DNA of 64,000 nucleotides from Takakia lepidozioides (Eukaryota; Plantae; Bryophyta), in NCBI GenBank assembly GCA_030704615.1, contig CM060732.1:5146001-5210000 (forward strand), in the 5' to 3' direction. Both the position numbers and the translations under genes were made by a program. The notes beneath the pieces were generated by a model. That model was not told the origin of the DNA. It saw nothing but the letters and a program-made list of their open reading frames with translations, and did no database searches. Position 1 is the first letter of the stretch. Each line of letters starts with the position of its first letter. This document shows positions 25,425-38,039 of the stretch, piece by piece.

Positions 25425-28400
25425 ATGCCAAAGGGGAGGAAGCAGATGCGTCTACAGGAGGAGATTGCCATCTCGCAGCATCACGCAGGCAACCCAACCA
25501 CCAGTGAGAGCTCCGTGCTATCGGGATTCGCCAGCTGATCGAGCCCCGAAACCCCCCTCATTTTCCTTTTGCAATTCTTAGACTGTATGCTAGGAGACTT
25601 GAATGCATAAGATGTTTGCATGCCTAACCGGAAAGGTGGACGTGCTGGAGGGATCGCAGGAATCCGAAGAGCCGCAGACAGAGTCCGTGGAGCTAGTTGC
25701 AGCACGCACACCCAGCCGATCCACGAGCACGGGTCTTCCTGTCGGGCCTAGCCCTGTGCGTTTTAAGGATGCGGCTTTGAAGGGCAAGTCTTTGCAGTTC
25801 AAAGCCCCAGAGAGCAACTCGCGTTCGAAGGTCATGGAGAATCGCCAGCAGGGGTCTAGCCCTTCTCCAGCAAAGACGAAAAAGAAGCAGCTCGTCCTTC
25901 AACTTGTTTCTGAACCGGACCAGGCCGTTTCCCCCCCACCCAAGCGAATGAAGCATATTCAATTGCAGCAGACACCTTCACCTGCAAGAATGAGAAGCAG
26001 AAGGCAATCAGGGGAAGGGCGGAGCAGTCTCCCGCAAAACCGATCCACGAGCTGAAGCCCAGTTCCTGCTTGATTCCAGCCTGGTGATTGGGGGCGTCTC
26101 TGCTACAGCGAAGGCAATGGGATCGACCGATTTCGTCGATCTGGTACCGGAGGAGGGTGCTGCCGCTCAATGTTCGCAGCAAGACCTGACCACCGTGGAG
26201 GAAGATCTTCAAAATATTGCAGGCCCGGAGGAGGCCTCTGCAATTGCAGAATTGCCTGCAAAGATTCCCCAGAGTGCAGCTCCAGTTGGGGATGCTCCAG
26301 CTGCTCAGCCCCTACCGCCACCAGCAAAAATGTCTCCGGAGGAATTCCAAAGTGCACCAGATACAATGTTGGAGGAGACACACAGTAGCATTGGCAGAGT
26401 TCTGGGCAGCAGGGTGTTCCAGCGGACTCTTCGAATCCCACTCTGTCCCATGGTCTCCCTTCCCATCGTCAGGCAGGCACTTCCCGGAGATGTGGATAAG
26501 CTCAAGTTTGCATTTCGAGAAGGGTACCGTCTAGGTTCGCCAGCCTTCTACGTTTCCCTTGAGAATGAGGACGGCGAATCTCGTGGACCCATTGCGGATG
26601 AATTGTCAACATGGGCTACCCATTGGCACACTCGCAACGACGAATTCGAGGCAATGCTGAAGGGTGATCCAGACTTCGGCCATATGTCGGGTAAAATGTT
26701 CTTTGTGTGGGACGGGAATCACCGACTTCTTGCCTGGTGGGAGTACATCAAGCAGAACCATGCCAAGCACATTGGCTGGCATTACATGGTGGAGTGTGTC
26801 ATCCTCAAGGTGAAGGCGGCAGACTCCTCCCTGCTCAAGAATGCCATGGCGGACCTCAACTCGTAAGATACTCATACCCTCCCAAGCACGTTCGAAATGT
26901 GGTGCCGCATTTCGGTTTCCAATCTGTTTTGTTTCCGTGCTTCCGTGGACTGAACTGGAGAGTGTGCCTTGTAGGGTCACTGAAAATGCGTACGTGCATA
27001 CCCACATAACACATATTTTGTACAGGGTGACGAAAACTGGTCTCACTGATCCGCACATGTTTGCGGAAATGCTGGAGCCCGAGCTCATTCAGAAAGTCGT
27101 GGCAAAAACTGACCGGACATGGTATCATCTCACTATGGATGGAATGGTGGAGGTGATATACGAAGTAAGTCGTCCTCCCATTTCCCTCTACTCATCCTTC
27201 CCCAATTTTCAGTAATCTTTCCACATGAATCGAATGTAACGCTTCTGCATGTTTTTGTTGGCAGTCAAACATCAAGCTGGATTTGGCCCATGCCAAAACG
27301 CTTCTTCATGGAAAATGAGGGGCAGGTCAAAACGTTGCAGTCATTGACTGAGCACTTGAAGGAAGCCGGGGTCAAGTCCAGAACGAAATACAAGTCAAAG
27401 CTTGTGAAGCTAGTGGCCATTGCAGATCCGGCACTTGGAAATGACTTCATCCCCGAGATTGCAAAACACTATTCTCGGGCCATGCAGCCGACCATGCAGT
27501 TGGAGAAACTGCATCACCTCTCAACGGCATGTGTTGAGGTGAAAGAGAAGGTGAGGTTTCAATGCACTGAAGTTCCTTCCTAGCACTAGCCCCTCTTCTT
27601 CCTGCTCCTGACATTGGATCGGAAATGGCAGACACGGTGGCTGTCGATCTGGAATGCATCAGAGAGTATAAGGACAATGTGGTCTTTTCCACTCGAAGTT
27701 TCCGACCCTGCAGTGGATGTGTGGCTCAACCGCATGACTTGGTGGTTCCAGGTAATTCAAGGTACTTCACCATATTTGCCTTTCTGAAATGAATTCCCTG
27801 AACTGCTACGTGACAATGCATGTGGGAATCGCATATAATGACGAATGCGAAGGAGCAAGTCGTAATGCATACAAATTCGTTCGGCTTGTACGTCAAATGG
27901 GATGGAACACAGACATTGGAAGACTACGTGACACGTTTCAGATGTGCGTACCAAGGACAACCTCTTTGCCAGGGAGCTGCAGACAGCAAGAAGGAGCGTG
28001 GAGTTTATACATCAGGAGGGAGCGGGAAAAGCTGCAATGCGAATTGTTTACAGGTGAAGCCTAGTTGTCCTTGTATGCGAAGCCTGGTTATGAGTTTTGT
28101 CTGGGAAATGCGGCACCGCATTCGCATTTTAAGTTTTCGGTTGCACTCTGCGAGTACGTTGGTCTCAACTTTTGCTCACGCATGCTGACTACCCTGCAGG
28201 TATATGAAATACGTGCTTCTTCAGACAGGGGCCCTGGCTCAAGAGCCCCCGTTCTTCATGGCTTGGACCGTGGCGGGCCCAAGCTGTGTCTACACACCAG
28301 AGATGCAGAAACAATGGCATGCCGCGCATCTCGTTGGATGCCCGTGGTACCTGGACATGTCTGGCGGAATTGTTGACGAGTCTGAGAAAGATCTACTTGC

Positions 28401-30550
28401 AAAAGCAGAGGAGAAGAGAAAATAAAGACGTGTCCCTGCTCGGCCAGAGACGGCAAAGGAAGCTGCTGCTCTGGAACAATCCAGAAAGGCAGTTGAGATG
28501 GCACAGAAGACGGTGGATGCAGCTGTGCAGGCTCAACAGAAGGGGTCGAAGAAGCGGACTCGCCAGCAAGGAGCAGCAGTTGTGACACCCAAGAAAACGA
28601 AGAAGCAGAAACAGATAGTGCAGGAAGAGGGTGAGGAAGAGGACTCCGATGGAGACTTTGCAACCAGCCCACCCCCCCGAAACGCAGCCGAAATCCCCTG
28701 TGCCCACCGTTGTCACGAGAGGGACGAGAACTGGCTCGGCAAAGAAGGCACTCTTCAACCCCCCGGGGGGGCACCCTTTCGAGCCGGTGGAAATGAAGAG
28801 GCCAAAAGTGGATCCCGATACAGTAGTCCAGTGTGTAAATGAGAGTTTCTTGGCGGCTTTGGATGGACGGGCAGCCAAGTTGGCATACATGAAGACCATG
28901 GAGGGTCTGAAGGGCAGAGCACTGAAGAAGGCGGCTGCCAAAGAGCCTTCCGACACCCCTGGGTTTCTGAAGATGGTCTCATTCTTTGAGAGGGTGTGTG
29001 CAGACAAGGATTGTAGGAGGGGCGGAAATGCCACCGAGTGGCCTTGCGATATGATCATCTTGGATATTCCGGACGGAGAGCCTGTGGAAGGACTGCAAGC
29101 TTTGCCATCTTGGAACAGGTACTCCGAGGACTTTTGGAAGAAAGGATTCGGGCTCGCCCGCATGGTGTTGGACGGCAGAGGCTATGTGGTTGCCCGGGCG
29201 AGCAGAGGCAAAAACACGCAGACAGGAATTGCGAAGTGGACCCGCAAGAGCGCCGTCCCAATTCTGAAGAAGAAGTGGACGTGCATCAACACATTGGGCC
29301 TTCGGTCGGAAGGGAAGAAGGTAATTACAACATTGGCACTCGTCCTTTCATTTTCTTAGGAGTTTTGAAATGCGGTGCCGCATTTGATTTCTAATCGTTC
29401 CCCACTGTGTATGCAGACGAAGCAGTTCGATGCATACTGCTTTGTGAAGGAGAACTCCACCTTTGCTTTCCGGAAGGAGGGATTGTTGGTTGACCCGAAC
29501 TGTGACCCCATCGATTACGACGTCCTGTTCAACAATGTTCCCACGGAACTTCTCCCTCGTAGCCTCACTTCAACTGAACCCCTCCGGTATTCATTGACTC
29601 AGAGCCCTGCCTTCATTCAGACAATTATGGACACATGCACTGACGTGGAGGGCACAGTGCTCGACCTCATCTGTGGGACAGGTATGCAGAATCTTGTTCT
29701 ATGCTGTTCTGCAAATTCTCGTTATGCTTTAATTCGCAACATCTGAAGGGCCATGTCATAATGTGTGGATGGCATTTTAACAGGTGCCTCAATGTGGGCT
29801 GGGCGGTTTTCCGACCGGCACCTCTTCGCCTACGAGGAGGACACATCCGTTTGGGGAACCCATCTGGAAGGGCTGCAACGGAATGTGAAGGCTCCCATCG
29901 AAGCCAAAGACTCCTCGGATTTGTCGGAGTCGGAGGAAGAGACAGGGACATTGATGCCAAGGAGAACCCGGAATACGAGTGAGTGCAAACATTGTAAGTT
30001 TGCAAAGCCTTCTGGGTGATTTTTTGTCAAACGCATTTCCAGACTGTGCTTCTCATTACTCTCCTTGGTGATTGTTATGTGCAGGATTCCAGGATCCGGG
30101 TCGAAACATGTAGGGCCTACACTTCTTGCCAGGAAGAATGTCCCGTTCTTTGCGAGGGGCGACTTCATGACGAGCCCGGTGAAGGACTACTCCCTTCCTA
30201 GTTATGCAGCGAAACTCGCAAATACAGCGATTAGACGATGTGAGAATCCCAGTAAAGTAGAGCAGATTTTGGAGAGGGCTAGGGAGGACAGAAGGATAAG
30301 GAAAGAGTTGGCAATAGCTGAGACAGGTAGACGGGTGCGAAAGTTCATATGTGATTCAGCGGATGAGAGCGATGCAGACAAGGAGGACGACGAGCCAACG
30401 GAGGTGAGATGGTCGGTTCCGCAAGGTGAAGATGGGATTTTCGAAAGCCTGGCCAACGAGCAGTCCGCTGGAGATGAGAGCAATGATGGGGTGGAGGCGG
30501 AGCAGGACAGTCAAGGACAGGACGACGATAGTGATGATTTTCAAGATTAA
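25425..30550 (+). pseudogene. Gene A: multi-exon ParB/Srx-like domain + beta-class amino-DNA-methyltransferase-like protein (copy 1, most complete)
   Basis: FFVWDGNHRLLAW (26711-26725, ParB/Srx DG.HR motif); CDMIILDIPDG (29063, motif-IV-like); SPAFIQTIMDTCTDVEGTVLDLICGT|GASMWAGRFSDRHLFAYEED (motif X/I/II-like, spliced 29682-29783). GT-AG introns at ~26863, 27165, 27551, 27753, 28054, 29321, 29682 and 29979. TAA at 28423 (GAA in the other copies) and frameshifts. The start codon is uncertain. Confidence 0.7.
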
Positions 30551-30686
30551 TAGAATTTTAATGAACTCTCAGTACATTTAAATTCTATTCCAGAGTATAT
30601 AAAGAAAATTCTCCCCGTCCTTCATGTCCCCTCTCCCATGTGCTTCTCAACAACAACATCGTCCAAACCTGGTCCCTCCCAAAAGC

Positions 30687-31515
30687 GGAAATGCGGCACC
30701 GCATTTCCAAAACCAGGGCAAGAACAATTTTCCGTTTCATGGTTTGGACATCAGAAACTGTTCGGCCGAACGGAAATACGGTGCCGCATTTCCGTTTTCG
30801 ACACGGCAGTTTTGCCGATTGCCAGCTCCTTCCATTGAGGTAAATGGAAATGCGGAGGACGAACATGGAAATGCGGTGCCGCATTTAAATTTTGGAGATG
30901 GACATTTTTCCAACTGCAGACCCATCGACGGAAATGGGGCTCACCATTCCATGATGCTAGACGGGAATGCGGCACCGCATTCCATTGTCCAATAAGAAAT
31001 TTCGATGACGTACATGGAAATGCGGCGCCGCATTTCCAAAACGGACATCGTTGTTTGTCCAATTCGAGACCCTTTGACGGAAATGCGGCACCGCATTCCA
31101 TTGTCCAATACGAAATTTTGATGACGGACATGGAAATGCGGTGCCGCATTTCCAGAACGGACATCGTTGTTTGTCCAATTCCAGACCCTTCGACGGAAAT
31201 GCGGCACCGCATTCCATTGTGCTCTCCGGAAATGCGGTGCCGCATTTCATTGTCCGGTACGAAATTTCGATGACGGACATGGAAATGTGGTGCCGCATTT
31301 CCAGTATGGACATGGACAAGCATTAGCGATTGGACATGCTTGGACAATTCAAGGTCCAATATGGAAATGCGGTGCCGCATTTCCAATTCGAAGTATGGTA
31401 ATGCCATGTCAGGAAATGAAATGTTGTACAACATTTCCATTACAACGACAACGGAGGAAAGGGAGCTGCCAGAAATTGCTGCATGGAGAAAAATAAAATG
31501 CGGTGCCGAATTTCC
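30687..31515. repeat. Array 2 of the 22-bp palindrome (116-bp dimer unit)
   Basis: About 13 copies; core unit ..GGAAATGCGGCGCCGCATTTCCAGAACGGACATCGTTGTTTGTCCAATT..GACGGAAATGCGGCACCGCATTCCATTGTCCAATAAGAAAT.. Confidence 0.93.
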
Positions 31516-31791
31516 GAGCTTCGGCGTGTACATGTTTCGTTTTACTCATATATGGATTTCCTTCACCTCAGGACTCTGATATCGCTGACTCAGGTATATT
31601 CATATGGACAGACACATTGTAGAAATGAGACCACAAATTGTAAACAGTGGGCCAATTACGACAGTTCTTAGGCACGATGAAACACAAGCACACAGAAGTG
31701 AGGTACGATGGGTTGTTTTATTGATCGAACACGGTGTCTCACATTTAGCAACTCCAGACAAATCTAAGCCCTTCCTCCTTCTACATGGGCG

Positions 31792-32448
31792 TCACCAAGT
31801 CGACGGAACTTCGATAGCCCTCAAAACAAGCTCATTACTTATGCGGCACCTCGAGGTAAACTGCAATGCGGTCGATCTGGTGCCCTTGGTGGAGCTGACG
31901 ACAATGTCATGCCCATCAATCATACCACCATCATACATTGACAAGGTCGTTGTGGGCCTAATGTGCCCGTTCGATTCGTCTTTGCAACTCAGCCGAATGT
32001 CTCCATACACTGGAAGAGCGGATCGAACTCCACGAATATAGTTTTCCCCGGTGCCGTCCTCCCTGGTCCACTGGCAGCAGTTCCAGCGCCAAAGTGAGGC
32101 CGTGCGTGATCTGTCCGGCATCCCATTCCACCTTTGTATATCGAGGTCAACAATTTTCAGGACCCACGGACCGCATTGACCCTCGCCCTCACCTCGCTCA
32201 AAGCGGTAATAGCCCTCCAAATACTCCATTGCGCGCAAAGACTCCCGCTTGATTCCAGAAGCGTCTGTGAAAACAGAGAGCCAGACAATGATGTCTCTTG
32301 ATTCTGGTTTGAACATAGCATAATCGTGGCCATGATAAGGGCAGTCAGCAGGATTTTGACGGCACGACATTCTTGAAAAAGAGCAGCGCGGTGGCTGGAA
32401 GAAGTTCAAGCAAACGCTGCAATTCCTCACAAACATTCCAGGGCACAT
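31792..32448 (-). CDS. Gene B, unknown protein (copy 1; internal deletion relative to 37.8 kb, 5' end cut at 32523)
   Basis: 218-aa ORF ...DCPYHGHDYAMF...RWNCCQWT...PVYGDI...YDGGMIDGHDIVV...LQFTSR...ELVLRAIEVP; paralogous to 38378-38995. Confidence 0.65.
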   Translation of the reverse strand: MCPGMFVRNCSVCLNFFQPPRCSFSRMSCRQNPADCPYHGHDYAMFKPESRDIIVWLSVFTDASGIKRESLRAMEYLEGYYRFERGEGEGQCGPWVLKIVDLDIQRWNGMPDRSRTASLWRWNCCQWTREDGTGENYIRGVRSALPVYGDIRLSCKDESNGHIRPTTTLSMYDGGMIDGHDIVVSSTKGTRSTALQFTSRCRISNELVLRAIEVPSTW

Positions 32449-32855
32449 TTAAATTTCCCCCCTACAGGAACCTGCACGGATGAAGATTGGCTGCTCCATG
32501 AATGTAGCCGTTTCAGTTTCCTAAACAGGAGCCAAGAGCCCACATTTGCGGTGCAGGTTGCGCTTCGCCCCTTCCTACATCATTTGCTTTGCAAAGCCTC
32601 CATCCCACGCCTGTGCATATCTTGTGATCATCGCGTTCCATCTCTCATCTCTCGGCTTGATAGTACTTAGAAAACACGCAGGAGAAAGAAAAAAAAAAAA
32701 ACCCAAGTCCCAGCCCTCTAATGGGCAACCCTATAAGCAATTTTTTTTTAAAATTTAACCTTTTGGTTACCAAGCTTGCACTAGAAGTCATTCCGGTGAC
32801 TATTTGGTGGCAAGCTCGCGCTAGTCAACCCTCGTTGACCACCCTTTCCTCTAGT

Positions 32856-33040
32856 GCGGAGTCATACAGTCACGACGACGTCTACCAAAGTAGTCGTAGA
32901 GGACTACGTAGTCACGCAGTCATTTCAACAACTACGTGAAGACCCATTTGGTCCAAAAATACAAAGAAGTCATGGTCAAAGTCAGGAAAACCATGACTAC
33001 CGCGCCTCGGCAGTCAGATATACCGCGATCTGTTGTAGTG
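32856..33040. mobile_element. CACTA right-end fragment truncating gene A copy 2
   Basis: Ends ATCTGTTGTAGTG (same TIR as 1190-1201) with AGTCAT/GTAGTC repeats; followed directly by gene A exon TGGTCTTTTCC (cf. 27680). Confidence 0.75.
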
Positions 33041-35886
33041 TGGTCTTTTCCACTCGAAGTTTCCGACCCTGCAATGGATGTGTGGCTCAACCGCATGACT
33101 TGGTGGTTCCAGGTAATTCAAGGTACTTCCCCCGATTTGCTTTGCTGGAATGAATTCACGTGACAAATGCATGTTGGAAACGCAGGTAATGACGAATGCG
33201 AAGGAGCAAGTCGTAATGCATAGTGATTCGTTCGGCTTGTACGTCAAATGGGATGGAACACAGACATTGGAAGACTATGTGACACGTTTCAGATGTGCGT
33301 ACAAGGACAACCTCTTCGCCAGGGAGCTGCGGACAGCAAGAAGGAGCGTGGAGTTTACACACCAGGAGGGGGCGGGAAAAGCTGCAATGCGAATTGTGTA
33401 CAGGAAGCCCAGCTCCCGTTGTATGCAAAAGCTGGGTTATGAGGTTTGTCTGGGAAATGCGGCACCGCATTCGCACTTTATCGTTTCGATTGCACTCTGC
33501 GAGTACATTCTCATAACTTGTGTTCACGCATGTTGACTGTCTTGCAGGTATATGAAATACGTGCTACTTAAGATAGGGGCCCTGGCGCAAGAGCCCCCGT
33601 TTTTCATGGCTTGGACCGTGCCGGAACCAAGCTGTGTCTATCTACCAGAGATGCAGAAACAATGGCATGCTGCGCATCTCGTTGGATGCCCGTGACCTGG
33701 ACATGTCTGGCGGACTTGTTGACGAATCGGAGAAAGATCTGCACGCAAAAGCGGAGGAGAAGAGAAAGGAAAGACGTGTCCCTGCTGGGCCTGAGTCGGC
33801 AAAGGACGCTGCTGCTCTGGAACAATCCATAAAGGCAGCTGAGATGGCATAGAAGACGGTGGATGCAGCTGTGCAGGCTCAACAGAAGGGGTCGAAGAAG
33901 AGGACTCGCCAGCAAGGAGCAGCAGTTGTGACACCCAAGAAGACGAAGAAGCAGAAATAGAAAGAGCAGGAAGAGGGTGACGAAGAAGACGATGATGGAG
34001 ACTTTGCAACCAGCCCACCCCCAAAACGCAGCTGAAATCCCCTGTGCCCACCGTTGTCACGAGAGGGACGAGAACAAGCTCAGCCAAGAAGGCACTCTTC
34101 AATCCCCTAGGGGGGCACCCTTTCGAGCCGGTGGAAATGAAGAGGCCGAAAGTGGAGCCAAAAACAGTAGTTCAGTGTGTCAATGAGAGTTTCTTGGCGG
34201 CTTTGGACGGACGGGCAGCCAAGTTGGCATACATCAAGACCATGGAGGGTCTGAAGGGCAGAGCACTGAAGAAGGCGGCTGAAGCAGAGCCTTCCGACAC
34301 CCCTGGGTTTCTGAAGATGGTCTCGTTCTTTGAGAGGGTGTGTGCAGACAAGGATTGTAGGAGGGGCGGAAATGCCACCGAGTGGCCTTGCGATATGATC
34401 ATCTTGGATATTCCGGACGGAGAGCCTGTGGAAGGACTGCAAGCTTTGCCATCTTGGAACAGGTACTCCGAGGACTTTTGGAAGAAAGGATTCGGGCTCG
34501 CCCGCATGGTGTTGGACGACAGAGGCTATGTGGTTGCCCGGGCGAGCAGAGGCAAAAACACGCAGACAGGAATTGCGAAGTGGACCCACAAGAGCGCCGT
34601 CCCAATTCTGAAGAAGAAGTGGACGTGCATCAACACATTGGGCCTTCGGACGGAAGGGAAGAAGGTAATTACAACATGGCACTCGTCCTTTCATTTTCTT
34701 AGGAGTTTTGAAATGCGGTGCCGCATTCGATTTCTAATCGTTCCCCACTGTGTATGCAGACAAAGCAGTTTGATGCATACTGCTTTGTGAAGGAGAACTC
34801 CACCTTTGCTTTCCGGAAGGAGGGATTGTTGGTTGACCCGAACTGCGACCCCATCGATTACGACGTCCTATTCAACAATGTTCCCACGGAACTCCTCCCC
34901 CATAGTCTCACTTCAACGGATCCCCTGCGGTATTCATGGACTCGGAGCCTTGCCTTCATCCAGACAATTATGGAGGCATGCACTGACCTGGAGGGCAGAG
35001 TGCTGGACCTCATCTGTGGAACAGGTATGCAGATTCTTGTACTATGTTGTTCTGTGAATTCTCATTCTGTTCAAATTCGCCATGTGTGAACGGCCATTTT
35101 TCAATGAGTGGATAGCATTGTAACAGGTGCCTCAATGTGGGCTGGGCGATTTTCCAACCGGCACCTCTTTGCCTACGAGGAGGACACATCCGTCTGGGGA
35201 TCCCATTTGGAAGGGCTTCAACAAAATGTGAAGGCTCCCATCGAAGCCAAAGATTCCTCGGATTCGTCGGAGTCGGAGGAAGAATGCCGAGGAGAACCCG
35301 GAATACGAGTGAGTGCAAACATTGTAAGTTTGCAAAGCCTTCTGGGTGATTTTTTGTCAAACGCATTTCCGGACTGTGGTTCTCATTGGTCTCGTGGGTG
35401 ATTGTTATGTGCAGGATTCCAGGATCCGGGTCGGAACATGTAGGGCCTACACTTCTTGCCAGGACGAATGTCCCGTTCTTTGCGAGGGCCGACTTCATGA
35501 AGAGCCCGGTGAAGGACTACTCTCTTCCTAGTTATGCAGCTAAACTCGCAAATACAACGATTACACGATGTGAGAATCCCAGTAAAGTAGAGCAGATTTT
35601 GAAGAGGGCTAGGGAGGACAGAAGGATAAGGAAAGAGTTGGCAGCAGCTGAGACAGGTAGACGGGTGCGAAAGTTCATATGTGATTCAGCGGAAGAGAGC
35701 GATGCAGACAGGGCGGACGACAACCCAACGGAGGTGAGATGGTCGGTTCCGCAAGGGGAAGATGGGATTTTCAAAAGCCTGGCCAACGAGCAGTCCGCTG
35801 GACATGAGAAAGGCAATGACGGGGTGGAAGGGGCGCAGGACATCAAGGACAGGACGACGATAGTGATGATTTTCAAAGATTGGTAG
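33041..35886 (+). pseudogene. Gene A copy 2 (3' half, methyltransferase-like domain only)
   Basis: Clearly homologous to 27680-30550 but diverged; DIPDG and VLDLICGTG retained; has its own stops (TAG ~33849). Confidence 0.8.
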
Positions 35887-36019
35887 AATTTTAATTAACT
35901 CTCTGTACATTTAAATTCTCTTCCAGAGCATATAAAGGAAATTCTCACCGTCCTTCATGTCCCCTCTCCCATGTGCTTCTCAACGACACCATCGTCCAAA
36001 CCACGTCCCTCCCAAAATC

Positions 36020-36969
36020 GGAAATGCGGCACCGCATTTCCATGTCGGAACGGAAATGTGGGAACTGCAAGAACCTCGTTTGGAAATGCGACACCGCATT
36101 TCCAAAACCGGGGCAAGAACAATTTTCCGCTTCCTGGTTTGGACATCAGAAACTGTTCGGCCGAACGGAAATGTCGTGCCGCATTTCCGTTTTCGACACG
36201 GCAGTTTTAGGGAAATGGAAATGCCACCCCGCATGCGGAGGTCGAACACGTTATTTACATGGCAGACATGGAAATGCGGTGCTGCATTTCCATTTTGGAG
36301 ATGGATGTTTATCCAACTCCAGACCGATCGACGGAAATGCGGCTCCGCATTCCATTGTCCAATAAGAAATTTCGATGACGTACATGGAAATGCGGCACCG
36401 CATTTCCAGAACGGACATCGTTGTTTGTCCAATTCCAGACCCTTGGACGGAAATGCGGCACTGCATTCCATTGTCCAATAAGAAATTTTGATGACGTACA
36501 TGGAAATGCGGCGCCGCATTTCCAGAACGGACATCGTTGTTTGTCCAACTCCAGACCCTTGGACGGAAATGCGGCACCGCATTCCATTGTCCAATTCGAA
36601 ATTTTGATTACAGACATGGAAATATTGTGCCGCATTTCCAGAACAGACTTCGTTGATTGTCCAATTCCAGACCCTTCGACGGAAATGCGGCACCGCATTC
36701 CATTGTCCAATAAGAAAACTTGATGACGGACATGGAAGTGCGGTGCCGCATTTCCAGAACGGACATGGACATGCATTGGCGATTGGACATGCTTGGACAA
36801 TTCAAGGTCCAATATGAAAATGTGGTGCCGCATTTCCAATTCGAAGTATGGTAATGCCATGTCAAGAAATGAAATGCGGTACAACATTTCCGTTACGACC
36901 ACAACGGAGGAAAGGGAGCTGCCAGAAATCGCAGCATGGAGAAAAATGAAATGCGGTGCCGCATTTCCG
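36020..36969. repeat. Array 3 of the 22-bp palindrome (~16 copies)
   Basis: Starts at 36270, 36333, 36386, 36449, 36502, 36565, 36618, 36681 and 36734: alternating 63/53-bp spacing. Confidence 0.95.
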
Positions 36970-37244
36970 AGCTTGAGCATGTACATGTTTCCTTTTACTC
37001 ATACATGGATTTCCTTCACCTCAGGACCCTGATATCGTTGACTCTGGTATATTCATGTGGAAAGACACATTGTAGAAATGAGACCACAAATTGTAGACAG
37101 TGGGCCAATTACAGCAGTTCCTGAACACAATAAAACACAGCACACAGAAGTGAGGTACGATGGGTTGTTTTATTGATCAAACACGTTGTCTCACATTTAG
37201 CAACTCTTGACAAATCTAAGCCCTTCCGCCTTCTACATGGGCGT

Positions 37245-37998
37245 CACCAAGTCGACGGAACTTCGATAGCCCTCAAAACAAGCTCTTTACTGAACGGGCA
37301 CCTCTAGGTAAACTGCAATGCGGTCGTTCTGTTGCCCTTGGTGGAGCTGACGACAATGTCATGCCCATCAATGATACCACCATCATACATTGACAAGGTC
37401 GTTGTGGGCCTAATGTGCCCGTGCGATTCGTCTTCGCAACTCAGCCGAATGTCTCCATACACTGGAAGAGCGGATCGAACTCCACGAATATAGTTTTCCC
37501 CGGTGCCGTCCTCCCTGGTCCACCGGCAGCAGTTCCAACGCCAAAGTGAGGCCGTGCGTGATTTGTCCAGCATCCCATTCCAGCTTGGTATATCGAGGTC
37601 AACAATTTTCAGGACCCGCGGACCGCATTAACCCTCGCCCTCACCTCGCTCAAAGCGGTAATAGCCCTCCAAATACTCCATTGCGCGCAAAGACTCCCGC
37701 TTGATTTCAGAAGCGTCTGTGAAAACAGAGAGCCATACAATGATGTCTCCTGATTCTGGTTTGAACATAGCATAATCGTGGCCATGATAAGGGCAGTCAG
37801 CAGGATTGCGGCGGCACGACATCCTTGCAAAAGATTAGCGGAGTACGCTCAATGACAACAGCTCCCGGATGGAGGAGGCAGCAGTGCGGTGGCTGAAAGA
37901 AGTTGAAGCAAACGCTGCAATTCCTCACTAACACTCCAGGGCACATTTAAATTCCCCCCCTACAGGAACCTGCACGGATGAAGATTGGCTGCTCCATG
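37245..37998 (-). pseudogene. Gene B copy 2
   Basis: Homologous to 31792-32448, with in-frame stops at ~37628 and ~37304. Confidence 0.7.
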
Positions 37999-38039
37999 AA
38001 TGTAGCCGTTTCAGTTTCCTTCCCTGCCATGCAAACTAT

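Noticed and set aside
30585-31533. Long ORFs with EMRHRIS/GNAAPHF/KCGAAF repeats (also 35957-36986 and 53461-54490)
   Set aside because: They are six-frame readings of the DNA palindrome, appearing on both strands and in all frames.
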